NCBI GenBank assembly: GCA_000830275.1
Contig: CP010424.1
Span: 622,782-686,781 of the forward strand
Direction of reading: 5' to 3'
DNA length: 64,000 nucleotides
Source: an archaeon GW2011_AR10
GTDB lineage: Archaea > Iainarchaeota > Iainarchaeia > Iainarchaeales > GW2011-AR10
A program made the translations under genes and the position numbers. This document shows, one piece after another, positions 18,419 to 27,224 of the stretch (positions are counted from its first letter, which is position 1; each line of letters begins with the position of its first letter). The notes beneath the pieces were generated by a model. The model had not been told where the DNA came from. It was given only the letters and a program-made list of their open reading frames with translations, and searched no databases.

Positions 18419-19681
18419 ATGGAAGATGTCTTGATGGGGTTTATTGATTTGCTGCTTGATGGCTTCATTGCATTTTATCTTGTTCTTGGCTCAACTAGCC
18501 TTGGCTACATGTTCTTGCGTTTGGGGTGGCCGAGGATAAGGATTCTTGACAAGCAGTACCGCGCGGGGTGGAGCTTGATTCTTGGAGTGATTTTTACTTC
18601 CATTATTGTGGTGAGCTCGCTTATTTTCAGCATTACTCCTTTCCTTTCATTCAATTTCAAGGAGTTTTTGTTCCTTAACCTGAGCGTTACTTTTTTCATT
18701 GCAGTTGTAGTTCTTACAATTAAGAGAAAAATCCTTGTGCCGCGAAAGGCAACTGTGACTGTGCCAAGCGAACTGCTTAGAGCAAAAGTTGCGGCTGCAA
18801 AGGCAATGACGCATATTGAGTTAAGCGAAAGCCTTAAGGAAGGCGTAATCAGCGTTAAGCCATTGGAAGAGCAAAAGATTGCCGCGCTGAGAAAAAAACT
18901 TGAGGAAGGAAAAGAACTGGGTGCCATGAAAGCATCTGTTCAGGTTGAGTCAAGGCTTCCTCCGCTTGAAAAAATGTCAGAACAAAAGCATGAACAAAAA
19001 GAGGAAAAAATAGAAAGAGGGGAAGCAACGCACCCACTGGTGGCAAAACTTTTCGGAAAAAAACAGCTGGAAAAAACAGAAGAGAAGCTAATGGCCGAAA
19101 CTGGAAGGGCAAAGCCTTCCATTGAAGAGAAAATAGGGCAGGCAAAACAGAGGGAAGGAGAAGCAAAAGAGAAAAGGCTTGCTGAACTCCAAAACCTGCT
19201 AGAGCAGCAGAGAGATAAAGCAAGGGAAGAGGAGGGAAAGCCATCCAAGCCTTCTTGGAGTTTCACCAGCAGACCGAAGCAGGGCGGGTTTGAAGCAAGG
19301 AAAACAGAAGCAGGAAAGAAAGCATTAGGAGAACAGTTGAAAAAAACAGAAGCACTAAAGAAACCCGCAGCACAGAAACCGTTAAAGGAAACAATACAGT
19401 TCACTCCCCTGCCTCCAGAGGAAAGAAAGATAGAGGCTGTGAGAGCTCCTCCAAAACTGCAGCAAGAGCAGGTGCCTTCTGTGCCAAAAACTGCAATACC
19501 TGAAAAGCAGGGAAAAAAAGTTGAAGGGAAGCTGAGAGAACTGGACAAAACCGGGAAAAAACAAATTCAGCAGCGGCCTGAAGACAGCGGAGAAGATGTT
19601 CTGGACAGGTTCCTGAGAGAAAAAGGGGCCCAACTAAGAGTGCTAAAAAAGAAAAAAACAAAAGGCGAAGAAAGTGGGTGA
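18419..19681 (+). CDS. Membrane protein with long Lys/Glu-rich low-complexity tail
   Basis: N-terminal third has about three transmembrane helices; the rest is K/E/Q-rich and likely coiled or disordered. Confidence 0.45.
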   Translation: MEDVLMGFIDLLLDGFIAFYLVLGSTSLGYMFLRLGWPRIRILDKQYRAGWSLILGVIFTSIIVVSSLIFSITPFLSFNFKEFLFLNLSVTFFIAVVVLTIKRKILVPRKATVTVPSELLRAKVAAAKAMTHIELSESLKEGVISVKPLEEQKIAALRKKLEEGKELGAMKASVQVESRLPPLEKMSEQKHEQKEEKIERGEATHPLVAKLFGKKQLEKTEEKLMAETGRAKPSIEEKIGQAKQREGEAKEKRLAELQNLLEQQRDKAREEEGKPSKPSWSFTSRPKQGGFEARKTEAGKKALGEQLKKTEALKKPAAQKPLKETIQFTPLPPEERKIEAVRAPPKLQQEQVPSVPKTAIPEKQGKKVEGKLRELDKTGKKQIQQRPEDSGEDVLDRFLREKGAQLRVLKKKKTKGEESG

Positions 19682-20582
19682 GGGAAACCTGCCGAGAAGG
19701 CTTCGGCATAGAAAGCAGGCAGCTGATGCCAAGGCAGTTGAGAAGAAGTCCAGCGGCTTCTGGGATAATCTTTTTGGGAAAAAAAAAGCAGAAGAAAAAA
19801 AAAGCGAAGCAGTAGAACCAGAGCCTGACAGGCTGAGAAAAAAGCTGAAAGAAGAGAGCGATTACTTGGCTTCAGCAGAGGTCGGCAAATTCAAAGAAAA
19901 ACATAACAGGATTCCTACAAGAAAAGAACTGGATGAAATTTCTGAAACAATTTACAGCCAGCTTAAGAAAGAGACAAGAAAAGAAAGGGAACGCGAGGAA
20001 AAGCCAAGCAGGAGAAGGGAAAAGCACGGGAAAGAAAGAACACTGCTGGAGAAACGAAGGGCTGAGAGGAAAAGGCACAGGAGAAGAGAAGAAGTTGGCC
20101 GCCGAGAAAAGCTGGAAGAAGACGAAACAGAAGAAGAAAATGAGGAAGAAGCACTCCAGCTTGGAAGAGCTGAACCAGAAATCGGGAAAGGGGAAGAACC
20201 ACTTATTTCAGAGGAAGAGGAAAAAGAAATAAGCGTGAAGGACTTGCTGAAAGAAGAAGCAGGCGGAAAAGAAGAGGAAAGAGAAGAAACTACTGATGAA
20301 GATTATGACAAGCTTTCACTTGAAGAGCTGACGGAAACGGAAGAGTTTGGCAAAATAGGCAGCGAGCTTGAACGCAGCGGAACTGAATCAATCACAAAAG
20401 AGATTGAAACAGAGAAGAAGTGCCCTCACTGCGGCACAAAATCATCCGATATTGTTTTCTGCTCTGGCTGCGGAGCAGGATTCTGTTCCCACTGCGCGAA
20501 AAAGGTTGAAGTGCAGGAAGAGCACATAAAGTATGTCTGCCCTTCATGCGGCAGCGAGTTCAGGGTAAAAAGGCACAAGTGA
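19674..20582 (+). CDS. Highly charged protein with C-terminal double zinc ribbon
   Basis: C-terminus CPHCG-x10-CSGCG...CSHC-x14-CPSCG; K/E/R-rich remainder. GTG start overlaps the previous ORF by 8 bp in a different frame; two A9 tracts at 19779-19787 and 19795-19803. Confidence 0.4.
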   Translation: MGEGNLPRRLRHRKQAADAKAVEKKSSGFWDNLFGKKKAEEKKSEAVEPEPDRLRKKLKEESDYLASAEVGKFKEKHNRIPTRKELDEISETIYSQLKKETRKEREREEKPSRRREKHGKERTLLEKRRAERKRHRRREEVGRREKLEEDETEEENEEEALQLGRAEPEIGKGEEPLISEEEEKEISVKDLLKEEAGGKEEEREETTDEDYDKLSLEELTETEEFGKIGSELERSGTESITKEIETEKKCPHCGTKSSDIVFCSGCGAGFCSHCAKKVEVQEEHIKYVCPSCGSEFRVKRHK

Positions 20583-20588
20583 AAAATT

Positions 20589-21374
20589 TTACCTGCACGC
20601 TGAAGAATCAAAGTGCTCAATGCCTGCTTCAATGCAGCACCACTCAGAACTCTTAAAGTAGGGAACAGAACCTACTTCTGTCGCATCCCACAAAACCAAA
20701 TCTGCCTGCGTTTCAAATGGCCTGAAAGTTATCTCGTCCTCTGCAACCATTGTTATTTTGGCTGAAGCCTGCGCTGTGTCGCCAACCCGGATAATAAGGT
20801 CTTTCAGGCTGTTGTTGATTGTGCCAAAGTCAGCATTTTCCCCAATGCTGCACAGCAAATCAGTTCTTGGAGGGTCATCAGCAACAAAGTTTGGAAACCT
20901 CCCTGTTCCAATGTTCTCAAAGTTTGTTTTGTGGAAAAAAATGAAGATGAATTTCTGCCTCACATCCTCTTGGTCTCTTGGAACAGAAAGATAGAAAATG
21001 TAATCAAAGTTGTCTCCAAGAGGAGCCATTATTGAATTGATGTCCTGCGCTAAAATCAGCATTGTTTTCTCTGTGAGGTAGCGCTTGTCGGCATAATCTT
21101 CCTTCACATAAGCAAGCAGCTGGTCAATTTCAACTTCACTACTTAAGCCGTAAATTGAGCTGTCTGGGTTTCTTGGAGTGCTGCTGTAAAGAATTGTTTT
21201 AAGGGCATCCGTTGCAAAATCAGAATTGTAGTTCTGCACTATCTGCGCTGAAACAGTGTTGCCGTATCCATTGGAGAAAGAGAAAAGGAAAACGCTGATT
21301 GAGGTAACTATCAGGAGAAAGTAAAGAGCATCTGTTACTGCTGCTTGGCCTCTGTTTTCCTTTAAGGCATCCAT
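20589..21374 (-). CDS. Pilin-like protein with archaeal class III signal peptide
   Basis: N-terminus MDALKENRGQAAVTDALYFLLIVTSISVFLF: charged residues, Gly, then a hydrophobic helix. Confidence 0.5.
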   Translation of the reverse strand: MDALKENRGQAAVTDALYFLLIVTSISVFLFSFSNGYGNTVSAQIVQNYNSDFATDALKTILYSSTPRNPDSSIYGLSSEVEIDQLLAYVKEDYADKRYLTEKTMLILAQDINSIMAPLGDNFDYIFYLSVPRDQEDVRQKFIFIFFHKTNFENIGTGRFPNFVADDPPRTDLLCSIGENADFGTINNSLKDLIIRVGDTAQASAKITMVAEDEITFRPFETQADLVLWDATEVGSVPYFKSSEWCCIEAGIEHFDSSACR

Positions 21375-21901
21375 GTAACCACCACCAAGTGCATTGGCTT
21401 AATAACCCTGTTGTCTTCAACTGCAATCGGGTAAATCCTTGCAACAATTTCTTTGTCGGCAAAAAAACGGTAAGCAAAGCTAGGGGAAGAAGAAATGTCG
21501 CTGTTAATTGCAGGGTCAATGTTGTGGCATGAGAACTCGTTGCCTGCTTCATCCAAGAAAAAGCCCACGTTGTATAGCCTTGCATCCTGGGCATTGTATT
21601 GCAGGCTGTATTGGTCTGTGGCAGTATAATAGTTTGTTATTCCCGCGCGGAATTTAAGGTTTGGAATGCTGAGTGTACTGCACAGCGCTTTGAAGTTCTC
21701 GTAGCCACTTATATAGCTTGTGCCTTTAAGGACTTTGGCAATTTTTATCACTTTGATGTCAGAATCGAACTTGGAGTTTTTATTGTCAAAGACACCGAAA
21801 GCGAAAGTAAAGGTTGAAAAAAACATTATCAGCGCGAAGAGCAGTGGAATCAGGGAAGGCAGGTCATCTCCAATCGGCCCCAAAAAACCTTTATTCAGCA
21901 A
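21362..21901 (-). CDS. Pilus-associated protein with N-terminal transmembrane helix
   Basis: N-terminus MLNKGFLGPIGDDLPSLIPLLFALIMFF; overlaps the downstream gene by 13 bp, so it belongs to the operon. Confidence 0.4.
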   Translation of the reverse strand: MLNKGFLGPIGDDLPSLIPLLFALIMFFSTFTFAFGVFDNKNSKFDSDIKVIKIAKVLKGTSYISGYENFKALCSTLSIPNLKFRAGITNYYTATDQYSLQYNAQDARLYNVGFFLDEAGNEFSCHNIDPAINSDISSSPSFAYRFFADKEIVARIYPIAVEDNRVIKPMHLVVVTWMP

Positions 21902-22587
21902 GTGAAACCAACCCCTGGGTAAACGCTTTCACCCACGCTTGATTTTATGGCATTGCATGTCGGGCCAACGCTGCATGGAAAAATGTAGAGGGAGCTTTGC
22001 CCCCTCTTGATTTCCTTAACTAACTGAATTGAATCCATTGGAACTCTGGCCTGAGGGTCAATGTAAACAGATTCCCCTGTGTCAGTGGCCAGTTCGCGGA
22101 GTGTTCCAATTCCCCCGTACTCGTCACCCAAATAGTCTTGGCTGAAAAGGGTTACTTCTGCTTTTGTTTCAAAGGATTTTGCTGCAATTGCTTTTGGAAT
22201 GTAGGAAGGGTCATTAATTGATTTCACGAGGTCGCGCCTCGGGAAAACCGAGAAAATAACTTTCGAGATTGTTTCAGGGCCTGAGGGAAGCTCTTTCTCA
22301 AACTGCGTTACACTTATTTTCATCACATAGTAGAATTCTTGGCCGCTTACATCAAGGGAGCGCGGGAATGTATGTGAATCAGAAAAACAGTAAGCGGGGG
22401 AAGAAGCAACACTGCTTGCTTTGGTGAGAACCCTGTCAAGCAACAGCTGTGCTTCCTTCACCTTGACTATGTCGATTAAGCCGAAAGTGAAGAAGGCAAC
22501 GATTGCAAAAATTGATACCACAAGTATCAAGAGATTCATTTTGCTTAAAATGAAGCCAAGCATTGTCAAACCCTCTTGTAAACGCAA
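21895..22587 (-). CDS. Pilus-associated protein with N-terminal transmembrane helix
   Basis: N-terminus ...MNLLILVVSIFAIVAFFTFGL; overlaps neighbours on both sides. Confidence 0.4.
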   Translation of the reverse strand: MRLQEGLTMLGFILSKMNLLILVVSIFAIVAFFTFGLIDIVKVKEAQLLLDRVLTKASSVASSPAYCFSDSHTFPRSLDVSGQEFYYVMKISVTQFEKELPSGPETISKVIFSVFPRRDLVKSINDPSYIPKAIAAKSFETKAEVTLFSQDYLGDEYGGIGTLRELATDTGESVYIDPQARVPMDSIQLVKEIKRGQSSLYIFPCSVGPTCNAIKSSVGESVYPGVGFTC

Positions 22588-23111
22588 ATCCTTGGCTGCG
22601 GGGAGAACAAGTGGAACTGCTTGATTAAAGTGTACTGGCCGGGCTCAATTGCTTCGTCTTTCTTCCATTCCTTTACTTTAAATTCTGTTGGCTGGTCGTC
22701 AAAGTCGTGGCAGACTGTTGCGGAAGGAAAATCCGTTGCAGAAGAAATGTTAAGACACTTTATTGAACTGAAGTCAGGCGAGGAAAACAAAAGCAGAGTG
22801 CATTCATAGCGCAACCCGCCACAATGAAAAGAGCAAGTGGCCCGGTCATCCCTGCTGACAATCCTCAGCGAGCTATCATTCTGGTTAAAGCAGGACGGCA
22901 TATCGTATGCAACAGTTTTTTTGCCTTCGCCTTTTGCAACTGTTTCAAGCGCAGTCTTCAATTCCTCCATGTTCTGGTCAATTTTGCCTTCACACTGCGC
23001 TCTCAGCAAAGTGCTCATTGCATTGAGCCCTACAACTATCACAAAAGTCATTGTTATTACTGCAATCAGCAGCTCGAAAGGGGCTGCTTCCTGGCCTTTC
23101 TGGCTGAGCAT
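22566..23111 (-). CDS. Pilin-like protein with archaeal class III signal peptide
   Basis: MLSQKGQEAAPFELLIAVITMTFVIVVGL; start chosen at the internal M because K-G-Q sits right before the hydrophobic helix. The track ORF extends to 23162. Confidence 0.55.
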   Translation of the reverse strand: MLSQKGQEAAPFELLIAVITMTFVIVVGLNAMSTLLRAQCEGKIDQNMEELKTALETVAKGEGKKTVAYDMPSCFNQNDSSLRIVSRDDRATCSFHCGGLRYECTLLLFSSPDFSSIKCLNISSATDFPSATVCHDFDDQPTEFKVKEWKKDEAIEPGQYTLIKQFHLFSPQPRICVYKRV

Positions 23112-23220
23112 GGTAACAAGAATACTGTAAAGAGATATATAAAGATTCTCAGAATCAATCAACAGGTATTGAGGGCAAGCATTATGAGCTGTTTGTGTTA
23201 CTGTAAAAAAACGCAGTGTT

Positions 23221-23388
23221 TTACTTATTGAAATACTTGGCCTGCTGCCTGCTCCAAACCTTATTCGGAGTTTTTTTCAGCCATTCAGCGTACATGTCGA
23301 TAAATTCCATGCGCTGCTGCCTGTTTCTCCTCATTTCCTCTTTAAGCTCTTTCAAATCTTTTTTTGTAAGCTTTAGCCCTTTTCCCAT
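23221..23388 (-). CDS. Small charged protein (55 aa) inside the pilus operon, not in the ORF track
   Basis: Hand translation: MGKGLKLTKKDLKELKEEMRRNRQQRMEFIDMYAEWLKKTPNKVWSRQQAKYFNK; ATG ends at 23388, TAA at 23221-23223. Confidence 0.3.
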   Translation of the reverse strand: MGKGLKLTKKDLKELKEEMRRNRQQRMEFIDMYAEWLKKTPNKVWSRQQAKYFNK

Positions 23389-23547
23389 AAAATTTTCTCC
23401 GCCTGCTTTTCAACCCTGAAATTTTGAAAGCTCTCTTTCAAAAACAATCCTGTTTCCCTTGAATTCCAGTTCCATAAATTAATCTGCCAACAAACTTAAT
23501 TTAACCATTCTCAAGCAAAAAAAGTATCCAAGTATTTGAAGTAGTAG

Positions 23548-23706
23548 TCAGTTTATGAGCGGCTGCCTTTTAACTATTTCCTGGCTCTTCTTGAACATTG
23601 GCTTAATCAAAGCAATCAGCAAAAGCGCTGCAATAATAAAAATAATGATTAGGTAAATTGAGCTCCATTCACCCTGCGCCCTTTCACCTAATTCAGGAAA
23701 TCCCAT
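23548..23706 (-). CDS. Small hydrophobic pilin-like protein (52 aa), not in the ORF track
   Basis: Hand translation: MGFPELGERAQGEWSSIYLIIIFIIAALLLIALIKPMFKKSQEIVKRQPLIN; short charged N-terminus, Gly, then one helix, like short Flp-type pilins. Confidence 0.4.
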   Translation of the reverse strand: MGFPELGERAQGEWSSIYLIIIFIIAALLLIALIKPMFKKSQEIVKRQPLIN

Positions 23707-23752
23707 ATAGAAAAAGAATGGAAAAAGAAGTATTTAATGATTGGTGTTAGGT

Positions 23753-24301
23753 TTAACTTGCCGGAATAATGCTTACAAGGCAAATCCTTTCAGTGTTTGA
23801 GGGGTCAAATATTGCTGTTCCACCGCCACAAAAGCTGTTGTAGCCGGAAAACACTGTGTCAAGCCTTGCTTCTAGGACGGTTTCCTCAACCCTGTTCGCG
23901 TTATCGCAGAGCACGTATAGCTTCTGCTGCTGGTCAGAGTTGCCGTTGTAGCGAATCCAAGAGCCTTGAGCAACTTCCTCATAGTTAGGGTTGCTTCCTG
24001 AAACAGTGTCAGAAATTAAAACGCAAAGCTGGTGCTCTCCAAGCGAACCAGTTTTTTCTGCAATTGTCCTTGACCTCAGGCTTGTGCCGTTCTTGAATGT
24101 TACTAATCCTGTTCTTTCAGGCGTGCCCAAATTGTTGATGAGTGTCTTAATTTTTGAGGACGCTTCCTCTGTGGGGTCGCCTTGGCTTGGGGGCGCAATC
24201 TGCGTTAAAATCTGCAGCAGAATTGTGAGAATGAATACTGCAACAATTGCTGCAATCAACAGCTTGAAAACGCTGAAAGCCTGCCCTCTCTCATTCAACA
24301 T
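23753..24301 (-). CDS. Pilin-like protein with archaeal class III signal peptide
   Basis: MLNERGQAFSVFKLLIAAIVAVFILTILLQIL. Confidence 0.6.
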   Translation of the reverse strand: MLNERGQAFSVFKLLIAAIVAVFILTILLQILTQIAPPSQGDPTEEASSKIKTLINNLGTPERTGLVTFKNGTSLRSRTIAEKTGSLGEHQLCVLISDTVSGSNPNYEEVAQGSWIRYNGNSDQQQKLYVLCDNANRVEETVLEARLDTVFSGYNSFCGGGTAIFDPSNTERICLVSIIPAS

Positions 24302-24366
24302 AGCAATCGTAAATAGAAACTCTTAACCCATATTTAAAGGTTTTGCTTTAATTCGGCTATAAACAG

Positions 24367-24813
24367 CTAAGGCGTAATTGGTTTAGAGAAAGAGAACTTG
24401 CAGCAGATTTCGCAGGTTGAATCGCAAAAGGAGGCAGGGTCAAGGTTTGTTGTGCACTGCGCGTAAAAGTTTGTTTCAATGCGGTAATTTACCAGTATTC
24501 TTTGCGAGTCAACAGTGAAAGAGGAACTGCTTGGAGCAAGAATTTCAACGCATTGCCCCTCTAATCCTGTTCTTCTTGCAAGAAAATCTTTAGTATAAAC
24601 TGTGCCTTTGTCGAAGAGGAGGTTTTCAACAACAAGAATGTCATTGTTTGGCTGCTGCACCGCGTTCTCTAATCCTTCAAGAAAACGCTCTTTGCTCACG
24701 TTTATTTTGAACTCCTCAAAGGAACGGATTGCACCGAGAATTATTAATAAAATCAGCAGCGCAACTATTGCGCCAATCATCATCTTGAACGGCTCAAACT
24801 GCCCTTTCTCCAT
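24367..24813 (-). CDS. Pilin-like protein with archaeal class III signal peptide
   Basis: MEKGQFEPFKMMIGAIVALLILLIILGAI; start chosen at the internal M (track start 24831). Confidence 0.6.
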   Translation of the reverse strand: MEKGQFEPFKMMIGAIVALLILLIILGAIRSFEEFKINVSKERFLEGLENAVQQPNNDILVVENLLFDKGTVYTKDFLARRTGLEGQCVEILAPSSSSFTVDSQRILVNYRIETNFYAQCTTNLDPASFCDSTCEICCKFSFSKPITP

Positions 24814-24852
24814 ACTAAAAACATCTCCCAATTTTTTTTAGTGTAAAAAACA

Positions 24853-27210
24853 TTAAGCCAAAAATCCGCCGACGAGAATGTTGGAAATAATTATGCTTAA
24901 AACGAAAATTATAACTGAAATTGGGAAAAAGCGCGCAATGTTTATTCTCACCAGCAAATCGTTGTCCTCCTCTATTTTGGTGGTGAAGTAAGTCATTATG
25001 AGGAGAAGCTCCACAACGTAGATTGCAACGATGATTACGAACTGCGTTGGAGTAGCCATTCCAGCAACTGCTGCCGGGTCAATGAAGCTTCCAACGTTTA
25101 TGCCAGAAAACGTGTTTGGAATGCCTGCTCCTCCTGGAACATCAAGGTTGCTCAGATCAAGTTCCGTTGCAATATTGGAAGAAGCGATGGAGGAAAGGGT
25201 TATTATTACGATTTTCTGCAGGCTTGTTGTAATGCCCAAAACCATCGGCGCAATGAATAGGCTCATTGTCTTCATCATTCCTGTTACATCAGAAACCAAA
25301 ATCTTCAAATTGTTTGCAACCTTTTCCGCGTTGTCGAGCTGGATGCTTAACGCAATCATTGTCCTGGCAGCAACGTTCACCCCCAATTGCACTGAATCAA
25401 CAAGCAGCCTCACTGAACCGCTAATCAACGAGCTTGGAATGTTTTTCAATGAACCATAGTTTGGGTCAAAGAATGCCTGCTCTAATGGCATTGCAAGCAA
25501 GGCAATGTTGTCAAGCGTTTTCGAGAAAATCCTTTTCGATATTTTGAACTGTGGCAAAAAATCCATTGTGTGCTTTAATGCTTCCTCCACCGGCTTGTTT
25601 TCACCCATGCGGGAAGCAAGAATGTAGATTGAGTCCTTGAACTCTGACTCCATTTCAACAATTTCAAGCTGGGCTTTCCGCTTGTAAATGTTGTTGTAGT
25701 AGAGGTAAACAAACACTGAAAGTGAAACGGTTATGAGCAGGCCGAAAATGAAATTGTAGGGAGTAATATCGTTGGCCGGCTTCGTGAAAAATGCCTGTTC
25801 CTCGCTTTTCACGCGTTTCTCTGCTTCCTCAACAGGAAAACCCTGCGCAATCAGCTCATTGTAAAGCACTCCTGTGGGAATGTCAAAGTATTTCAATTGG
25901 TAGCCTGCTTTTGAAAGAACTTCAGTCCTTTGCTTGTCTAATGCAAGCAGCTGCGGCGTGCCTTCCTCAAGGCCCAAAGCATCGTAAAGAATTTTTGGCG
26001 GAACTCCTTGCTGTGAAACAAAAAAGGAAATTGAGCTTCCTGCAATCAACACAACAACAACCACGAAGAAAATGCTCACAAAGCCGTTGCCTAACCTCAT
26101 TGTGCCCTTCGGCGGCAAACCCGGAAAGTTGTCCTTTATTTCAGGCGCAACATACGTTGGTGGGCGCTTGCTTATAACGGAGAAAGCAAACCAAAGCGTA
26201 ACCAAAGGAATTATTATGTTGTAAATGGCAAACAAAACAATTGGGTTTGCAAGCGGTGCGCCGCTGAAAGAGCTCCCTACAGGAAGAATGATTATCAGAA
26301 TCAATGGAAGCAGCACCCCAACATAGAAGAGAATCATTGTTGGCTGGTTGAGGTCGCGAGCATACTGCTCCATTTTGTTTTTTATTGACTCAAGTATTTC
26401 ATCCATTGTTTGGTCAAGCAAAGCAAAACGCTTTGCTTCAGTTGTTTCAATCACTGAAGCGCGGATTCGCATCAACGCTTTCTTGAATTCATCGCTGAAT
26501 GCACCCCAGCGGTAAGCCAGTGCATCGCTTGCTTCTGCAACAGACGAGTAAACTCCCAACTGGACATCCCACAAAAGTTTTTTGAAGTCTTCAGCAATTT
26601 TGCCCCTGCCGTGCTCTGCTGCAAACTCAATGCTTTTCTCCAGGTTCGGGCTTAACTTCATTGACATAACCATGTAGCCGAGGATTTCAGGAACATAAGT
26701 CAAAGCACGCACCTGCTCTGCTCTTGCCTCCTCCAAGGGATAGTTTTGAACATAATATGTTGCAAAAACCACCATGCCAAGCAATGGGAGGAGAATGTAG
26801 ATTGGCGTAAGAAAGGTTGCCCCGCCAACGAATAGGTTTACAACCACTATTGCAGGGGACAGGAAAATAATTCCTGCAATTACTATTGCAGCAAGAAAGC
26901 TCACAATCAGCACGAACTTGTACGCTGCACCAAGCTCTTCCCCATTTAGCTCCCAACCCAGAAACTCCACTGCCTTCTTGTTCTGCTCTGAAAGCGCTTC
27001 ACCTTTTCCTAGTGAAGGAGCCATTGCGTGAATGCGCTTGCAGAACCTAACAAAAGGGTGCTGTTTTCTCCTTACAAGCGTTCTTTCCTCATTCTTGAAC
27101 TCGTCCTTGACCACGGCTATTTCCCTGTAAAGCTCTCCAATAGAGCTTGGCCCATCAAACAGCTTCTCTTCTTCTTCCTGCTCTCTTTCTTCCCTGTCTT
27201 TTCTCGCCAT
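24853..27210 (-). CDS. Type IV pilus platform membrane protein (FlaJ/TadC-like, two-domain, 785 aa)
   Basis: Polytopic; helical bundles alternate with two soluble regions, as in two-domain T2SSF platforms; sits directly downstream of the ATPase. Confidence 0.55.
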   Translation of the reverse strand: MARKDREEREQEEEEKLFDGPSSIGELYREIAVVKDEFKNEERTLVRRKQHPFVRFCKRIHAMAPSLGKGEALSEQNKKAVEFLGWELNGEELGAAYKFVLIVSFLAAIVIAGIIFLSPAIVVVNLFVGGATFLTPIYILLPLLGMVVFATYYVQNYPLEEARAEQVRALTYVPEILGYMVMSMKLSPNLEKSIEFAAEHGRGKIAEDFKKLLWDVQLGVYSSVAEASDALAYRWGAFSDEFKKALMRIRASVIETTEAKRFALLDQTMDEILESIKNKMEQYARDLNQPTMILFYVGVLLPLILIIILPVGSSFSGAPLANPIVLFAIYNIIIPLVTLWFAFSVISKRPPTYVAPEIKDNFPGLPPKGTMRLGNGFVSIFFVVVVVLIAGSSISFFVSQQGVPPKILYDALGLEEGTPQLLALDKQRTEVLSKAGYQLKYFDIPTGVLYNELIAQGFPVEEAEKRVKSEEQAFFTKPANDITPYNFIFGLLITVSLSVFVYLYYNNIYKRKAQLEIVEMESEFKDSIYILASRMGENKPVEEALKHTMDFLPQFKISKRIFSKTLDNIALLAMPLEQAFFDPNYGSLKNIPSSLISGSVRLLVDSVQLGVNVAARTMIALSIQLDNAEKVANNLKILVSDVTGMMKTMSLFIAPMVLGITTSLQKIVIITLSSIASSNIATELDLSNLDVPGGAGIPNTFSGINVGSFIDPAAVAGMATPTQFVIIVAIYVVELLLIMTYFTTKIEEDNDLLVRINIARFFPISVIIFVLSIIISNILVGGFLA

Positions 27211-27224
27211 AAAATGGTTTCACT

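Noticed and set aside
18855-19709. Several minus-strand ORFs overlapping the Lys/Glu-rich genes at 18419-20582
   Set aside because: The antisense of GAA/AAG-rich coding sequence is TTC/CTT-rich and naturally stop-poor; the translations are Phe/Leu/Ser low-complexity.
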